From Candidatus Bathyarchaeota archaeon (GTDB taxonomy: Archaea; Thermoproteota; Bathyarchaeia; Bathyarchaeales; Bathycorpusculaceae), in contig CAVYHV010000030.1 of the NCBI GenBank assembly GCA_963768425.1, positions 1 to 64,000 of the forward strand: DNA of 64,000 bases, written 5' to 3'. A program made the position numbers and the translations under genes. Numbering within the stretch: position 1 is the first letter of the stretch; the number at the start of each line of letters is the position of its first letter. Shown here in pieces: positions 39,905 to 50,487 of the stretch. The notes under the pieces were generated by a model. The model was not told the DNA's origin. It searched no databases and saw only the letters and a list, made by a program, of their open reading frames with translations.

Positions 39905-41122
39905 CTATTCTTTTTCCAGCCAGTTTCTCGAGTGCATCACTGTTTGCCCAGCAACTTTCAAAGACAACGCGTCCTCATACGGACATGCCTCAACGCATCT
40001 TGCGCACAGGATGCATCGGGATTCTGTTACGTCGCCTCCCTTCTTCTCATAAACATCCGTCGCTTGAGTGGGGCAAACCCGCTTGCAAACGCCGCATTTC
40101 GTACATTTCTGTTCATTTTTCTCCAATTTGGTAATCGCTATTTGCTTGAAAGGCGTAAAACTACTAAACGCTGCGGTTATGGCTCCCAACGGGCAGATCC
40201 TGCAGAAGAACCGCCTGTAAGCTAACGCCAAAGCTGTGATTACGATTAGACTGATAATGTTTATGGATGAAATGTAGCCGCCTCGAATAGCTAGTGGCCC
40301 ATAAATGATCTGGGAAACGTAAGAGTACTTCATAGAACCTACGGCACACTCAACCAACACGCAAAGTGGGCGCATTGGACAAACCAAGCAGAAAGGTTCA
40401 TTGAGGAACCCGACGTTGCCCGCCTCGGTTCCTTCAGGTCCACCCGGGTTTGTGCCCGGAATCAGTTGATGACCGAAAATCTCGTATGACGCGAAAATAA
40501 CACTTAGAATTAGGAAAATCGCAATTATTACCCACCTTGATTGACTAAGCGCCTTGTTAGTCTTCTGTGAAAAGCTCAAGTGCTTGAGCCGAGATGCCTT
40601 CCGCACGCGCGTCAACAAATCCTGATAGAGGCCAAACGGGCATAACCAACCACAGAAAAACCTCCCTAAAATTATAGCTGCCAAAGCAACCAAACCAATG
40701 ACGATGCCTATTTTCTCAAGACCTGAAGTTGAGTAAACGACGTCGTAGCCTCTTGCGTAATTCCAAAATGGGAAAATATATGCTTGAATCTGCCAGATTG
40801 GACAGGTCACCGTTCTTCCATTGGGATAATAGCAAGCTAGGACTGGTAGAGAAATGCCGTCCGGGAACTGATTGCCTAGCAGGTTGCCTCCAAGCAGAAG
40901 GCTGCGTGGAGATATCCCCAGAGGCGCGTACAGCGGAACATCGAATGGACCTAAAATCAACCCCATGAAAAACGCAAAGACAGCGGCAACTTGGACAAAA
41001 AGCCTGAGCGAACTTATGTTCTTAGTTTTGTCTTTGGTCAATTTGTAGATAAGGAGGATTCCGACTACAACTACGACGACATATATGGGCAACACTATGT
41101 AACTGGGGTTCTGCCACGTCAC
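39905..41122 (-). CDS. NapH/MauN-like membrane polyferredoxin
   Basis: GRFFCGWLCPFG, FCRICPLGA, CTKCGVCKRVCP, CILCARCVEACP. Confidence 0.88.
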   Translation of the reverse strand: MTWQNPSYIVLPIYVVVVVVGILLIYKLTKDKTKNISSLRLFVQVAAVFAFFMGLILGPFDVPLYAPLGISPRSLLLGGNLLGNQFPDGISLPVLACYYPNGRTVTCPIWQIQAYIFPFWNYARGYDVVYSTSGLEKIGIVIGLVALAAIILGRFFCGWLCPFGLYQDLLTRVRKASRLKHLSFSQKTNKALSQSRWVIIAIFLILSVIFASYEIFGHQLIPGTNPGGPEGTEAGNVGFLNEPFCLVCPMRPLCVLVECAVGSMKYSYVSQIIYGPLAIRGGYISSINIISLIVITALALAYRRFFCRICPLGAITAAFSSFTPFKQIAITKLEKNEQKCTKCGVCKRVCPTQATDVYEKKGGDVTESRCILCARCVEACPYEDALSLKVAGQTVMHSRNWLEKE

Positions 41123-41170
41123 AGGAAAATCCTCCGCGACCTTCCAGACTCCGAAACCGCCAAGTCCCGC

Positions 41171-41800
41171 CTAAGCAATTTGGCTCAACTCCTTCCCTTG
41201 CCGCCTCTTAACCTCAACCTTCAAAACCACAGCCACAACAATTGTTACTGTGACAGCCACGGTTACAACAATTGCAACTGAATGTGCCTCATAGAAAGGC
41301 AAGTTGGAAACTCCCAGCTGACTCAAAAAGCCAAAATAAATTACGGTTATGTTACCAGTTAAGCCAGTCACAGTTACAGTTCCGTCGTGCGAGACACTCC
41401 AGTCGTTGCTTACGAAGGTACCGTTAGTCAAGATGACCCAGTCGACACTGCTTCCCCCATTTACTCCTACATCCATGTTTATTATCTGCTCACCTTTGCC
41501 TTGAGCTATATAGTTTAGGCGTTCGTTTGGAAAATAAACAGTTGTAACGAAATGCCCGTAAACGGTAACGTTTGAGTTCTTGGCTGAAATCGTGAAGTTT
41601 TCTAAAGGATCAGAGCCAATAAGGTGTAGATTTGTAAAAACCCAGTTGTTATCTTCAAACGTCGCTGACGAGTAGTTTCCACTTACCCCAAAGTTAATGA
41701 CGCCGTTGTAGGCGGGAATGCCGAATTTTGTATCAGGCCCAAATGCCTTGCTGCTTTGAGCCAGAGAGTTGGGACAAAAAAATGGCAAAAAGAGCGCCAA
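41171..41800 (-). CDS. Secreted beta-rich protein with C-terminal TM anchor
   Basis: Signal-like segment extends upstream in frame (GAAFGIAIIILALF); C-terminal hydrophobic helix and basic tail. Confidence 0.7.
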   Translation of the reverse strand: MALFLPFFCPNSLAQSSKAFGPDTKFGIPAYNGVINFGVSGNYSSATFEDNNWVFTNLHLIGSDPLENFTISAKNSNVTVYGHFVTTVYFPNERLNYIAQGKGEQIINMDVGVNGGSSVDWVILTNGTFVSNDWSVSHDGTVTVTGLTGNITVIYFGFLSQLGVSNLPFYEAHSVAIVVTVAVTVTIVVAVVLKVEVKRRQGKELSQIA

Positions 41801-42115
41801 AATGATTATGGCGATTCCAAATGCAGCGCCGTTTCTAGTAATGCCACTTGCCCTCCCGCATTTTCCATATAATAATTTCTTTTAGCTATAAGGCTTTTCA
41901 GACTCCGTAATCTTCCATTAAAGTTCTCAGCCTTGTAAAATATTATGATAATGGCAAACACGGCAAGACTTTCCCAGACATGCCTTGGGAACCAAAGGAA
42001 TCTTTCAGGGCTGTGGCAGATTATTACGCTAAGCATTGATCGACTCTACTCTCCGGGGAAGTTTGCCTAGTTTATTTATAATCGTGAACCACACCTCTAA
42101 GAATAGGCATATTGA

Positions 42116-42382
42116 ATGGCTGCGCGGGCAAAAGCCAACATTCGGCTAAAACTTCAGTCTGAGGAACAATTGACCACCCTTCTCCAGGCTCTCGATCCTG
42201 AAGCCAAAGCGACTATGACGAGACGCGCCATTGTGAAACTTGAAGAAGACGGCTTGTCTCTCGTGCTAAAAGTTGAAGCGGAGGATACTGTTGCATTGCG
42301 GGCAACTCTAAACGCTTATTTGAGATGGATGGGTACGGTGATTAATGTTATTGATGTAGTAAGCGAAGCTAAGCTTGGGTAG
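42116..42382 (+). CDS. pcc1: KEOPS complex subunit Pcc1 family
   Basis: ALDPE..LVLKVEAEDTVALRATLNAYLRW. Confidence 0.85.
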   Translation: MAARAKANIRLKLQSEEQLTTLLQALDPEAKATMTRRAIVKLEEDGLSLVLKVEAEDTVALRATLNAYLRWMGTVINVIDVVSEAKLG

Positions 42383-42385
42383 TTG

Positions 42386-42667
42386 TTATTTGTATTTGGC
42401 TTTGAAAACTAAGATTGCCAGTGCTTGAATGAATGCTAATGAATTCGCGAGTATGATGGGCAAGTCTTTGATGAAGATACCATAGACGAACCACAAGAAA
42501 ACGCCGCCGCAGAAAAGTGCAAACATCCCTGTTGAGATATCTTTGGTTGACTTGGTTTTCCAAACTTTCATCAACTGTGGAAGAAGCGAAACCGTGGTAA
42601 AGGCTGCAGCGATTAAGCCAACGATTGTTATAGTGTCTATCATGCTCTTACGCCTATAGCTTGCCAA
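42386..42667 (-). CDS. SemiSWEET (PQ-loop) transporter
   Basis: TTVSLLPQ..KTKSTKDIS..LWFVYG..PIILAN; start probably MIDT (~42643). Confidence 0.9.
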   Translation of the reverse strand: MASYRRKSMIDTITIVGLIAAAFTTVSLLPQLMKVWKTKSTKDISTGMFALFCGGVFLWFVYGIFIKDLPIILANSLAFIQALAILVFKAKYK

Positions 42668-42823
42668 TGAACAGTATTTAGGTTTCGCTTACAAGTCAAA
42701 CAGCCTTCTTCATGCGAGGGTTGTTGATGTAGCTGCACAATCACAAATGTTCTTAAAACAAGTTAGCTCTCTCAACCTTGAGAGTACAACCTGGTTCAGA
42801 ATCTTTGTTCTCTTACTGAAACG

Positions 42824-45133
42824 GTGAATTGGCGATTGAATCATCGGAGTTTTCGATCTAAGAAGTTACCCGGCGAGGCAGAGGATTCAAACTCTAATGG
42901 AATTTCTCCCCAACTCGGCAAAGGAAGACGGACTGTCAGCAGCCAGGGGCTGGAGAGAAGAGAATTCTTGAAACTGACAGCCTTAGCAGCAGGCGGTGGC
43001 TTAGCCGCAGTTTTTTTATCTGGCGCCCTGAAGCCGTTGGGTTTTGTTTCGAAAGCAACAAATCAGCTTCTTGAAGCCCCAGGACAAGTAACTCCGAGAA
43101 TAGGGCTGATGGTGCCCGTTGCAGATTCCGCTTTGACCGTTTTAGATCCTACAACAATTCCGAAGTTCGAAAATGAGCTGGTTGGCCCCCCTCCTGTTTT
43201 CCAGCCTAATGTCGTAACAAACCAAGGCAAAGTGATTCGACACGACTACACAGTGACAATGGCAAGCTTCACTCAACAAATTCTTCCTCCCTCCATGAAA
43301 TTAATGACCCCTGTTTGGGGTTACTCAGGTTTAGCCACGGACGCACTAACTGGTGCATCTTTAGGATCCGTTCAAAGCACTCCCGGACCGTCTTTTGAAG
43401 CCATAAGAGGCGTACCCATACAAGTTCAATGGCAAAACAACATTTCATCCCCCTATATGTTACCAGTTGACCCAACAATTCACTGGGCAAACCCAAACAA
43501 AAGTCCAATGTCCGCTCAGCCTTTCCCAGTATTTCCGCCAGGATATCCAAACGCGCAATCTCCTGTTCCCCTTGTCACTCATCTTCACGGCGGCGAAAAC
43601 CAATCTTACTCTGACGGAGGTCCAAACCAATGGTTTACTTCCGATGGAAGACATGGTCAAGCATACTATACGGCTGAAAAAGCTAGTTCGAACGTCGCAG
43701 TCTATTATTATCCTAATGCTCAGCAACCGACTACCTTGTGGTACCACGATCATGCCTTAGGCGTCACTCGACTAAACGTGTTGTCAGGTCTAGCAGGTTT
43801 CTATTTGATCCGCGAATCCATTGGAAATGACAAAGTCGCGGCTGTACTGCCGAATGGAAAATACGAGATGCCGCTTGTGATTCAGGATAGAACATTCAAC
43901 AGCGACGGTTCCTTAAGTTATCCATCCGTCAGCTTTGTTCCTGACATCCATCCTTTCTGGGTTAACAGTTTCCTAGGCAATGCAATAATGGTAAATGGCA
44001 AGGTCTGGCCTAACATGAATGTTGACAGAGGACAATATAGGCTCAGAATCCTAAACGGATCAAACACGCGATTTTACGCTCTCAACTTTTCAAACGCGAT
44101 GACCTTCATCCAGATAGGAAGCGACGGCGGATACCTGAAAGCCCCAGTCGCCCTCACTTCCTTGACCTTAGCTCCTGCTGAACGTGCAGATATAATAGTT
44201 GACTTTTCAAATCTTGCACCCGGAGAAAGAGTCACACTGCAAAACTCTGCGTTGCTCTCGACCTTTGGTATCGAAGCACAAACCGTTGGACAAATAATGC
44301 AGTTCACAGCCAACAACACGCAAGGAATTGTTCCATTTAATATTGCTTCAGCGCCAAAACCATTTAATCCAACTCTTGCAGAATCGAACTTTCCAACCCT
44401 GCCAAAACCCACAAAGCAGCGAGTTCTGACACTTTACGAGATTGCTGATTCAAACGGCTTAATGGTTGAAGCTTTGCTTAACGGGCAAACCTGGGATGCG
44501 CCCACTTCGGAAACGCCTGAGCTAGGTGCAACTGAGGATTGGGTGATTGTTAACCCAACTATGGACGTTCACCCGATTCACCTCCACTTGGTGCAGTTTC
44601 AACTTGTCCAGCGTCAATTGTTAAACGCTCCCGGTTCATACGTAGACGAATGGTTAAGTATCAATGGGCAGCCGCCGTTCAGTCACGCAACAAAAAACGT
44701 TCAATCGCTTTCATCCTTCATGTTTACTAATGTAACTCAACCACAACCGCAAGAGCAATGTTGGAAAGACACGATTACTGTAAACTCCGGAGAAGTTGTA
44801 ACAATCCGAGTAAGATTCGCGCAGCAAGACGGCTCAGGTTTTCCGTTTGACGCAACGGCTGGGCCAGGATATGTTTGGCATTGCCATCTCCTTGAGCATG
44901 AAGATAACGAAATGATGCGTCCTTACAAAGTGACATCGCCAGCTTCAATCGCAGTTCCAATAGCGGTTTCCTCAGCAGTCGTGGGTGCAGCCGTTCTGTC
45001 TGCAGCGTACTACTATCAAAGAAGGCGAAAGAAGAAAGTTGCGAGCGTGGAAACCAACCCTCAATCGTCTCGGTTGTTGGGTAGCCAAGAAATGTCTCAA
45101 CAAGAAGAAGTATCACATGAAAAAGATGATTAA
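42824..45133 (+). CDS. Tat-exported, C-terminally anchored multicopper oxidase (CotA/bilirubin oxidase-like)
   Basis: ERREFLK Tat motif; HLHGG, WYHDH, HPIHLH, HCHLLEHEDNEMM; C-terminal TM then RRRKKK. Confidence 0.92.
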   Translation: MNWRLNHRSFRSKKLPGEAEDSNSNGISPQLGKGRRTVSSQGLERREFLKLTALAAGGGLAAVFLSGALKPLGFVSKATNQLLEAPGQVTPRIGLMVPVADSALTVLDPTTIPKFENELVGPPPVFQPNVVTNQGKVIRHDYTVTMASFTQQILPPSMKLMTPVWGYSGLATDALTGASLGSVQSTPGPSFEAIRGVPIQVQWQNNISSPYMLPVDPTIHWANPNKSPMSAQPFPVFPPGYPNAQSPVPLVTHLHGGENQSYSDGGPNQWFTSDGRHGQAYYTAEKASSNVAVYYYPNAQQPTTLWYHDHALGVTRLNVLSGLAGFYLIRESIGNDKVAAVLPNGKYEMPLVIQDRTFNSDGSLSYPSVSFVPDIHPFWVNSFLGNAIMVNGKVWPNMNVDRGQYRLRILNGSNTRFYALNFSNAMTFIQIGSDGGYLKAPVALTSLTLAPAERADIIVDFSNLAPGERVTLQNSALLSTFGIEAQTVGQIMQFTANNTQGIVPFNIASAPKPFNPTLAESNFPTLPKPTKQRVLTLYEIADSNGLMVEALLNGQTWDAPTSETPELGATEDWVIVNPTMDVHPIHLHLVQFQLVQRQLLNAPGSYVDEWLSINGQPPFSHATKNVQSLSSFMFTNVTQPQPQEQCWKDTITVNSGEVVTIRVRFAQQDGSGFPFDATAGPGYVWHCHLLEHEDNEMMRPYKVTSPASIAVPIAVSSAVVGAAVLSAAYYYQRRRKKKVASVETNPQSSRLLGSQEMSQQEEVSHEKDD

Positions 45134-45252
45134 CAGTCTCTGCAGGAATCTCTCAGCTCAATCGCAGTTAAGTTTTCCCAGTCAAAAAGGTTTAAATAAA
45201 CACTGTCTCATTTCGTATATGCTTTCAATGTAAAAACGGATGAAAATTTAGC

Positions 45253-45744
45253 ATGTCACAGGAATATCGTCATATACTTCGTATTATGGGTACAGACGTT
45301 CCAGGTACCCTTAAGACTTCTTACGCTATCGCACAAATAAAGGGCGTTAGCTCAAGCCTTTCAAACGCGATTTTGAAGAAGGCAGAAGTGAATCCTGACC
45401 TGCGAGTAGGCTTCCTAACAGAGTCAGACATATCAAAGATTGAAAACGTTATTCGGGAGCCTGCAAAGTACAGTCTTCCAACTTGGCTTTTTAACAGACG
45501 AAAAGACTCTGACACAGGAAAAGACATGCATCTTCTCAGCGCCGACTTAGTTCTGAGGACGAAGCAGGATATTGACGATGCCAAAAACATCAGATCTTGG
45601 CGTGGATACCGCCATGCATACAGCCTCAAAGTCCGTGGTCAACACACTAAAACCACAGGACGAGCAGGCAAAGCTTTAGGCGTCAAGAAGAAAACTCTCT
45701 TGCAGAAACCTGGGGGAGCAGCACCTGCCGAAGGAGGCAAATAA
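45253..45744 (+). CDS. rps13: 30S ribosomal protein uS13
   Basis: WLFNRRKD, SWRGYRH, VRGQHTKTTGR. Confidence 0.97.
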   Translation: MSQEYRHILRIMGTDVPGTLKTSYAIAQIKGVSSSLSNAILKKAEVNPDLRVGFLTESDISKIENVIREPAKYSLPTWLFNRRKDSDTGKDMHLLSADLVLRTKQDIDDAKNIRSWRGYRHAYSLKVRGQHTKTTGRAGKALGVKKKTLLQKPGGAAPAEGGK

Positions 45745-45746
45745 TC

Positions 45747-46337
45747 ATGGGTGATCCAAAGAAGCAACGTAAAAAGTTCGATACGCCACGGTTCCGCTGG
45801 CGCAAGGACATCCTTCAAGAAGAACTCAAACTTCTGGGTCAATATGGCTTGCGCAACAAGCATGAACTTTGGCGACACAAGACGACCCTGTCTAAGACTC
45901 GAGGCATCGCCCGTTCACTTATCAGCAAAACTCCTGAAGAACGAGCAAAGATGGAGAATGAGTTGCTGACAAAACTCAAGAAAGTCGGCATTCTGCAGGA
46001 AACTGCGGTTTTGGACAACGTCTTAGACTTAGGCATAGAAGATATTTTGGAGCGTAGGCTTCAAACAATTGTTTTTCGCAAGGGTTTAGCGAGGACCGTT
46101 TTCCAGTCACGTCAACTTATCACTCACGGACACGTAACCATTGACAACCGACGAATCACAGTTCCAGGGTACATGGTCGCGAAGTTGGACGAACCCAAAG
46201 TTATCTATTCACCTGAAAGCGCTGTTGCAAACCAAGCCCACCCATTGCGTGCTGGTCTGTCAGTTGTGGCTAAGCAGCCTGAAATTAGGCAGCCTGCCAG
46301 AGGCAGACGAGGCGGAAGAGGAGGCGGCAGGTTCTGA
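45747..46337 (+). CDS. rps4: 30S ribosomal protein uS4
   Basis: [31 protein letters not shown]. Confidence 0.97.
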   Translation: MGDPKKQRKKFDTPRFRWRKDILQEELKLLGQYGLRNKHELWRHKTTLSKTRGIARSLISKTPEERAKMENELLTKLKKVGILQETAVLDNVLDLGIEDILERRLQTIVFRKGLARTVFQSRQLITHGHVTIDNRRITVPGYMVAKLDEPKVIYSPESAVANQAHPLRAGLSVVAKQPEIRQPARGRRGGRGGGRF

Positions 46338-46738
46338 GCGCCAACAGCAAAAGAAACGAGAAATGGGCAATCGTCCACATTTTCAGCTCATATAACAACA
46401 CGTTGATACACATTACTGACATTTCAGGTGCGGAGACAATCGCTCGAACCAGCGGTGGTATGTTCGTTAAAGCAGACCGCATGGAGTCGTCTCCGTACGC
46501 TGCGATGCGTGCAGCAACTGGCGCAGCTGAAGTAGCTAGAGACAAGGGGATAACAGCCATTCACATTAAAGTTAGAGCTCCAGGCGGCAGTGGCCCAAGA
46601 ACTCCTGGTCCAGGTGCCCAAGCAGCTATCCGTGCATTGGCTAGGTTTGGGTTCAGAATTGAACGGATCGAGGAAGTTACACCTATTCCCCATGATGGGA
46701 CAAGAAGGCCTGGCGGCAGAAGAGGAAGAAGAGTCTAA
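46334..46738 (+). CDS. rps11: 30S ribosomal protein uS11 (probable CTG start)
   Basis: [42 protein letters not shown]; the conserved N-terminus lies upstream of the tracked TTG. Confidence 0.95.
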   Translation: MSANSKRNEKWAIVHIFSSYNNTLIHITDISGAETIARTSGGMFVKADRMESSPYAAMRAATGAAEVARDKGITAIHIKVRAPGGSGPRTPGPGAQAAIRALARFGFRIERIEEVTPIPHDGTRRPGGRRGRRV

Positions 46739-46827
46739 ACTCAGTTTCCCCTCTTTATAAACAGAAAAATTGAAATAATGCACCATATCTCTATTGAACG
46801 CAAAAATGTTAAAGTAATCTTACTGGA

Positions 46828-47655
46828 GTGTCTCAGCAAGTGAAAATGGAAATCCTTGAAAAAAACGATAGCAACCTCCGCGTGGTTATCAGGGACGCGG
46901 ATGTTCCGTTAATGAACGCTCTGCGTCGCATAGCGCTTGCTGAGGTGCCGACCATGGCAATTGAAGAAGTTGTCATGATTGAAAACAGCTCTATCCTGCA
47001 GGATGAAATTATAGCTCACAGACTTGGTCTTACCCCACTGAAAACTGATTTGGATGCCTATAACCTGCCTGAAGAATGCGAGTGTCAAAGCGAATTTGGG
47101 TGTTCCCAATGTCGCGTAACATTAACACTTGACGCTGAAGCAAAGGAAGGTACGAGGACGGTTTATTCGGGTGAAATCGTGTCTGAAAACCCAGAGATTA
47201 TCCCTGTGTCGGATAAGATCCCGATTATCAAGCTTGCTAAGAACCAGAAACTTAAGCTTGAAGCCTATGCCCGTTTGGGAAGAGGCAAAGTTCACGCTAA
47301 GTGGCAGCCAGTTTCAATGTGCGCTTACAAGTATTACCCAAAAGTAACTGTTCCAATAGAGAAATGCGAGGAATGCGCAAAATGCGTCGAGATATGTCCC
47401 AAAAAGGTCCTCGAAATTAAAGATGACAAAGTCGATGTGCGAGACCTTTTGGCATGCAATCTCTGCATGGATTGCGTTGAAGCTTGCCCGAAAAAGCCTT
47501 CGCCGCTCAAGGTAGAGTGGGAGAAGGAAGCTTTCGTAATGAACATCGAGTCTACAGGCGCGCTTCCTCCAGGACGCATACTCCAAGAAGCTTCCAAAAC
47601 GTTAGGTAAACAACTTAATGAAATTGAAGAATTGTTAAAGGCTGAATCGCAATGA
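46828..47655 (+). CDS. rpoD: RNA polymerase subunit Rpo3 (D) with 2[4Fe-4S] ferredoxin-like insert
   Basis: NALRR, AHRLGLTPL, HAKWQP; CEECAKCVEICP and CNLCMDCVEACP. Confidence 0.96.
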   Translation: MSQQVKMEILEKNDSNLRVVIRDADVPLMNALRRIALAEVPTMAIEEVVMIENSSILQDEIIAHRLGLTPLKTDLDAYNLPEECECQSEFGCSQCRVTLTLDAEAKEGTRTVYSGEIVSENPEIIPVSDKIPIIKLAKNQKLKLEAYARLGRGKVHAKWQPVSMCAYKYYPKVTVPIEKCEECAKCVEICPKKVLEIKDDKVDVRDLLACNLCMDCVEACPKKPSPLKVEWEKEAFVMNIESTGALPPGRILQEASKTLGKQLNEIEELLKAESQ

Positions 47656-48014
47656 AAGAGTCAAAATCAACAAATCCCGAATTAATCCATCTTATTGGTT
47701 TACTCAAGAAAGAAAGCAAAGAAAAACAAGCAGGCATCTGGCTTGACCTAGCAGAATACCTTTCTAAAACACGGAGTCAACGGATTAGTGTTAATTTGAG
47801 TACTTTAAACAGGAACACAAAACGCGCTGAGACAGTGGTTGTTCCTGGCAAAATCTTGGGTTCAGGCTGCTTAAACCACGCTTTAACCGTGGCTTCGTTT
47901 GGTGCTTCTGAGAAAGCCAAGTCCAAGGTTGTTGCTGCAAAAGGGAAATACATTTCGATTCCTGAGCTTATGGAGAAGAATCCTAAGGGCTCAAACGTCA
48001 GAATTATCCGGTGA
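47652..48014 (+). CDS. rpl18e: 50S ribosomal protein eL18
   Basis: TNPEL, VNL, VVVPGKILGSG, NPKGSNVRII. Confidence 0.96.
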   Translation: MKESKSTNPELIHLIGLLKKESKEKQAGIWLDLAEYLSKTRSQRISVNLSTLNRNTKRAETVVVPGKILGSGCLNHALTVASFGASEKAKSKVVAAKGKYISIPELMEKNPKGSNVRIIR

Positions 48015-48463
48015 AAAACATGCAAACCACGAAAACTCCAGTTGTCCTTGTTAACGCTGAAGGATTGATAGTTGGCAGATTAGGTAGCAAAGTCGCTAAG
48101 TTACTCCTCAATGGGGAAGAAGTAATAATCCTTAACGCTGAAAAAGCCGTGTTCTCTGGAAAAAAGAAAAGCAAAGTTGCCGAAGCCAAACAGTTTCTTG
48201 AGGTAGGTGCACCTGAACGCGGTCCTTTTCATTATCGTAGGCCCGATAAGTACCTGCGCAAGACCCTGCGAGGAATGCTTCCCTACAAGCAGCCTAAAGG
48301 CAAAACCGCGTATAAACGCCTCAAAGTCTTCATGGGTGTACCTATGGAGCTTAAAGGAAAAGAAATGATCACGTTCACAGAAGCCTCATCTGCCACTTTA
48401 AAAGGGCCACATTTCACCCTTATGGAGTTGGCGAAAGAGATAGGCTGGAGCAAAGGTGAATAG
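48011..48463 (+). CDS. rpl13: 50S ribosomal protein uL13
   Basis: GRLGSKVAK, GPFHYRRP, RGMLPYK. Confidence 0.96.
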   Translation: MKNMQTTKTPVVLVNAEGLIVGRLGSKVAKLLLNGEEVIILNAEKAVFSGKKKSKVAEAKQFLEVGAPERGPFHYRRPDKYLRKTLRGMLPYKQPKGKTAYKRLKVFMGVPMELKGKEMITFTEASSATLKGPHFTLMELAKEIGWSKGE

Positions 48464-48465
48464 TT

Positions 48466-48876
48466 ATGCCCGCAAAGAAAGTTTTAGTTGTCAGTGGAAA
48501 AAGAAAAACCGCAGTCGCCCGAGCCGTAGTCAAGCAAGGAATTGGGAAAGTTCGGATAAACAGAACACCAGTTGAAATTTACGAACCCGACGTTGCAAAA
48601 GCAAAAATTATGGAGCCCCTTCTGCAGGCAGGCCCCGAAATCTGGGAACAACTAGACATGGATATCCAAACCAGCGGTGGAGGCTACATGGGACAGGCAG
48701 AAGCCGCCCGAGTTGCAGTTGCAAACGCGCTGTTAAAGTGGACAAAGAGCACTCATCTGCGTACCGTGTTCAGCGAATACGACCGAACCATGATTGTTGG
48801 TGACAGCCGAGCTAAAGAAACCAAAAAGTTCGGTGGAGCGGGCGCACGTTCTAAGGAACAGAAGAGTTACAGGTAA
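48466..48876 (+). CDS. rps9: 30S ribosomal protein uS9
   Basis: GKRKTAVARA, GGGYMGQAEA, KKFGGAGARSKEQKSYR. Confidence 0.97.
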   Translation: MPAKKVLVVSGKRKTAVARAVVKQGIGKVRINRTPVEIYEPDVAKAKIMEPLLQAGPEIWEQLDMDIQTSGGGYMGQAEAARVAVANALLKWTKSTHLRTVFSEYDRTMIVGDSRAKETKKFGGAGARSKEQKSYR

Positions 48877-48885
48877 GGGAAAAAA

Positions 48886-49116
48886 ATGATAATTCCAGTT
48901 CGATGTTTCACCTGCGGCAAACTTGTCGGCGACCAATGGGACGAATTTACACGTCGAATCAAAACAGGCGAAAACGCGAGCGACATCCTTGACAGTCTTG
49001 GTATAAAACGCTACTGCTGCAGACGCATGCTGCTCTCAAACGTGGAAATAATTGACGAAGTCTTGCGGTTCTACGAAGAAGCAGAAAAGAGAAAAGAAGC
49101 GCGCAACTTCTACTGA
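48886..49116 (+). CDS. rpoN: RNA polymerase subunit Rpo10 (N)
   Basis: [21 protein letters not shown]. Confidence 0.97.
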   Translation: MIIPVRCFTCGKLVGDQWDEFTRRIKTGENASDILDSLGIKRYCCRRMLLSNVEIIDEVLRFYEEAEKRKEARNFY

Positions 49117-49426
49117 ACACTTTCTTGGGTCAATTTTTCAGTCGCCCAGCCTACGCTTTTTGTTTTACAATCTCCTATTAATTGCCCCATTTTGAATAGG
49201 AGCGATATGGTCAACGTTGATTTTGCTCCGTATTCATGGTTGGTATTAATAGCAAAAACAGGCACTCCTGTTGGGTCGCACTCTGGATCTCTTGCAGACC
49301 ACTCTTTAGGTCTACTATACTATCAAAACAGCCTCTGAATTGAACTGACACACTTTAGCTGCCTATGTCAATTTAATGCTGAAAAACCAGAGGAAACTGC
49401 TGCTTTTGCAATTACCGTTTCTATTT

Positions 49427-50125
49427 TTATAGTTGGATTAACGCGTTCACCAGCGCTACTATCCCAAGCAGAATCAGCACAGCCGCGCCCCCGATTGAGA
49501 TCCATTTACGCAACAACGGCGCTTTGTTAAGAAGCCAACCTGTAACGCCGCCCAACAGAAGCATCGGGGACAAAGCGGTTCCTAACCCGAACAAGAAAGC
49601 TAAAGCAACGCTTCCAAGCGGAGTTGAAAAAGGCAGGGAGTAAAGCAGAAGCGCCATCAAAGGCGGACAGATGATTAGTCCTCTGCCCAAGCCCAAAGTG
49701 AATGCTTTGAAGTCAAAGCCGAATCTGCCATTTTTCGCTGGCGTAGCCACGTTTTTGTCACTGGGCGCGTTGAACTCGCATGGGCTTCTTGACTTGATGA
49801 CGATGGTTATGCCGATTGCCATAGTCAAGATACCGAAGGCTATTGCGGAGTAAGTTTGGAAAGGGGAAATGGCTGAGTTGGAGACAAACAGCCTGAGCAA
49901 TCCACTGAACAAACCGACTACGCTCCCGATAAGGGTATAAGCCAATACTCGTCCACTGTTAAAAATCATTGTTATTGTTATGCTTTTGCGGAAACCAGTG
50001 CCGACGCCTGCGATGTAACTTGCTATGTAAGGGAGGCATGAGGCAGTGCAAACAGCTAACCCGTAAAGTAATCCGCCTGCAAACGCCGCCAGAAACGGGT
50101 TGGAAACTTCGGGTATCAACGACAT
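49427..50125 (-). CDS. DsbD_2 / TauE-like membrane protein
   Basis: CTASCLP, FNSGRVLAY, GLIICPPL, FGLGT. Confidence 0.8.
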   Translation of the reverse strand: MSLIPEVSNPFLAAFAGGLLYGLAVCTASCLPYIASYIAGVGTGFRKSITITMIFNSGRVLAYTLIGSVVGLFSGLLRLFVSNSAISPFQTYSAIAFGILTMAIGITIVIKSRSPCEFNAPSDKNVATPAKNGRFGFDFKAFTLGLGRGLIICPPLMALLLYSLPFSTPLGSVALAFLFGLGTALSPMLLLGGVTGWLLNKAPLLRKWISIGGAAVLILLGIVALVNALIQL

Positions 50126-50487
50126 GGGAATGCTCAGCAAGTTTTGATGAAGCAAATAATGGGGGGAGCGTTTTTAAAGCTTACATAAAATTGCTGCCGC
50201 CATGAAACGTTCACCAATTTGCAATATCGGGGTGCCGGGGGTTTGGAAACATGACGGTGCAGGTACCGTTGTTTTTTGTGGTTTTGCAAAGAAATTGCGT
50301 TCTTCATGTCAAATTGCGTAGTTCATGTGAAAAGACAATTAGTTCACCGTTAAGAATGGTTAAAGCGCCTTTCGAAGGCTCAGGAGATTTAGATAAAAAA
50401 GTACGTTTTTACACGCTCACGCAAAGAGCTTATTGCCATAAGAAAGTTAAAAACATGTTTTATAGACCTTAGGCTTATTACAACCTT

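Noticed and set aside
46828-47655. Fe-S ferredoxin domain in RpoD
   Set aside because: Already described for many archaeal Rpo3 subunits.
49110-49320. Start-less ~65-codon minus-strand frame after rpoN; also searched here for the tRNA often found after rpoN
   Set aside because: No start codon or recognisable family, and no cloverleaf found.
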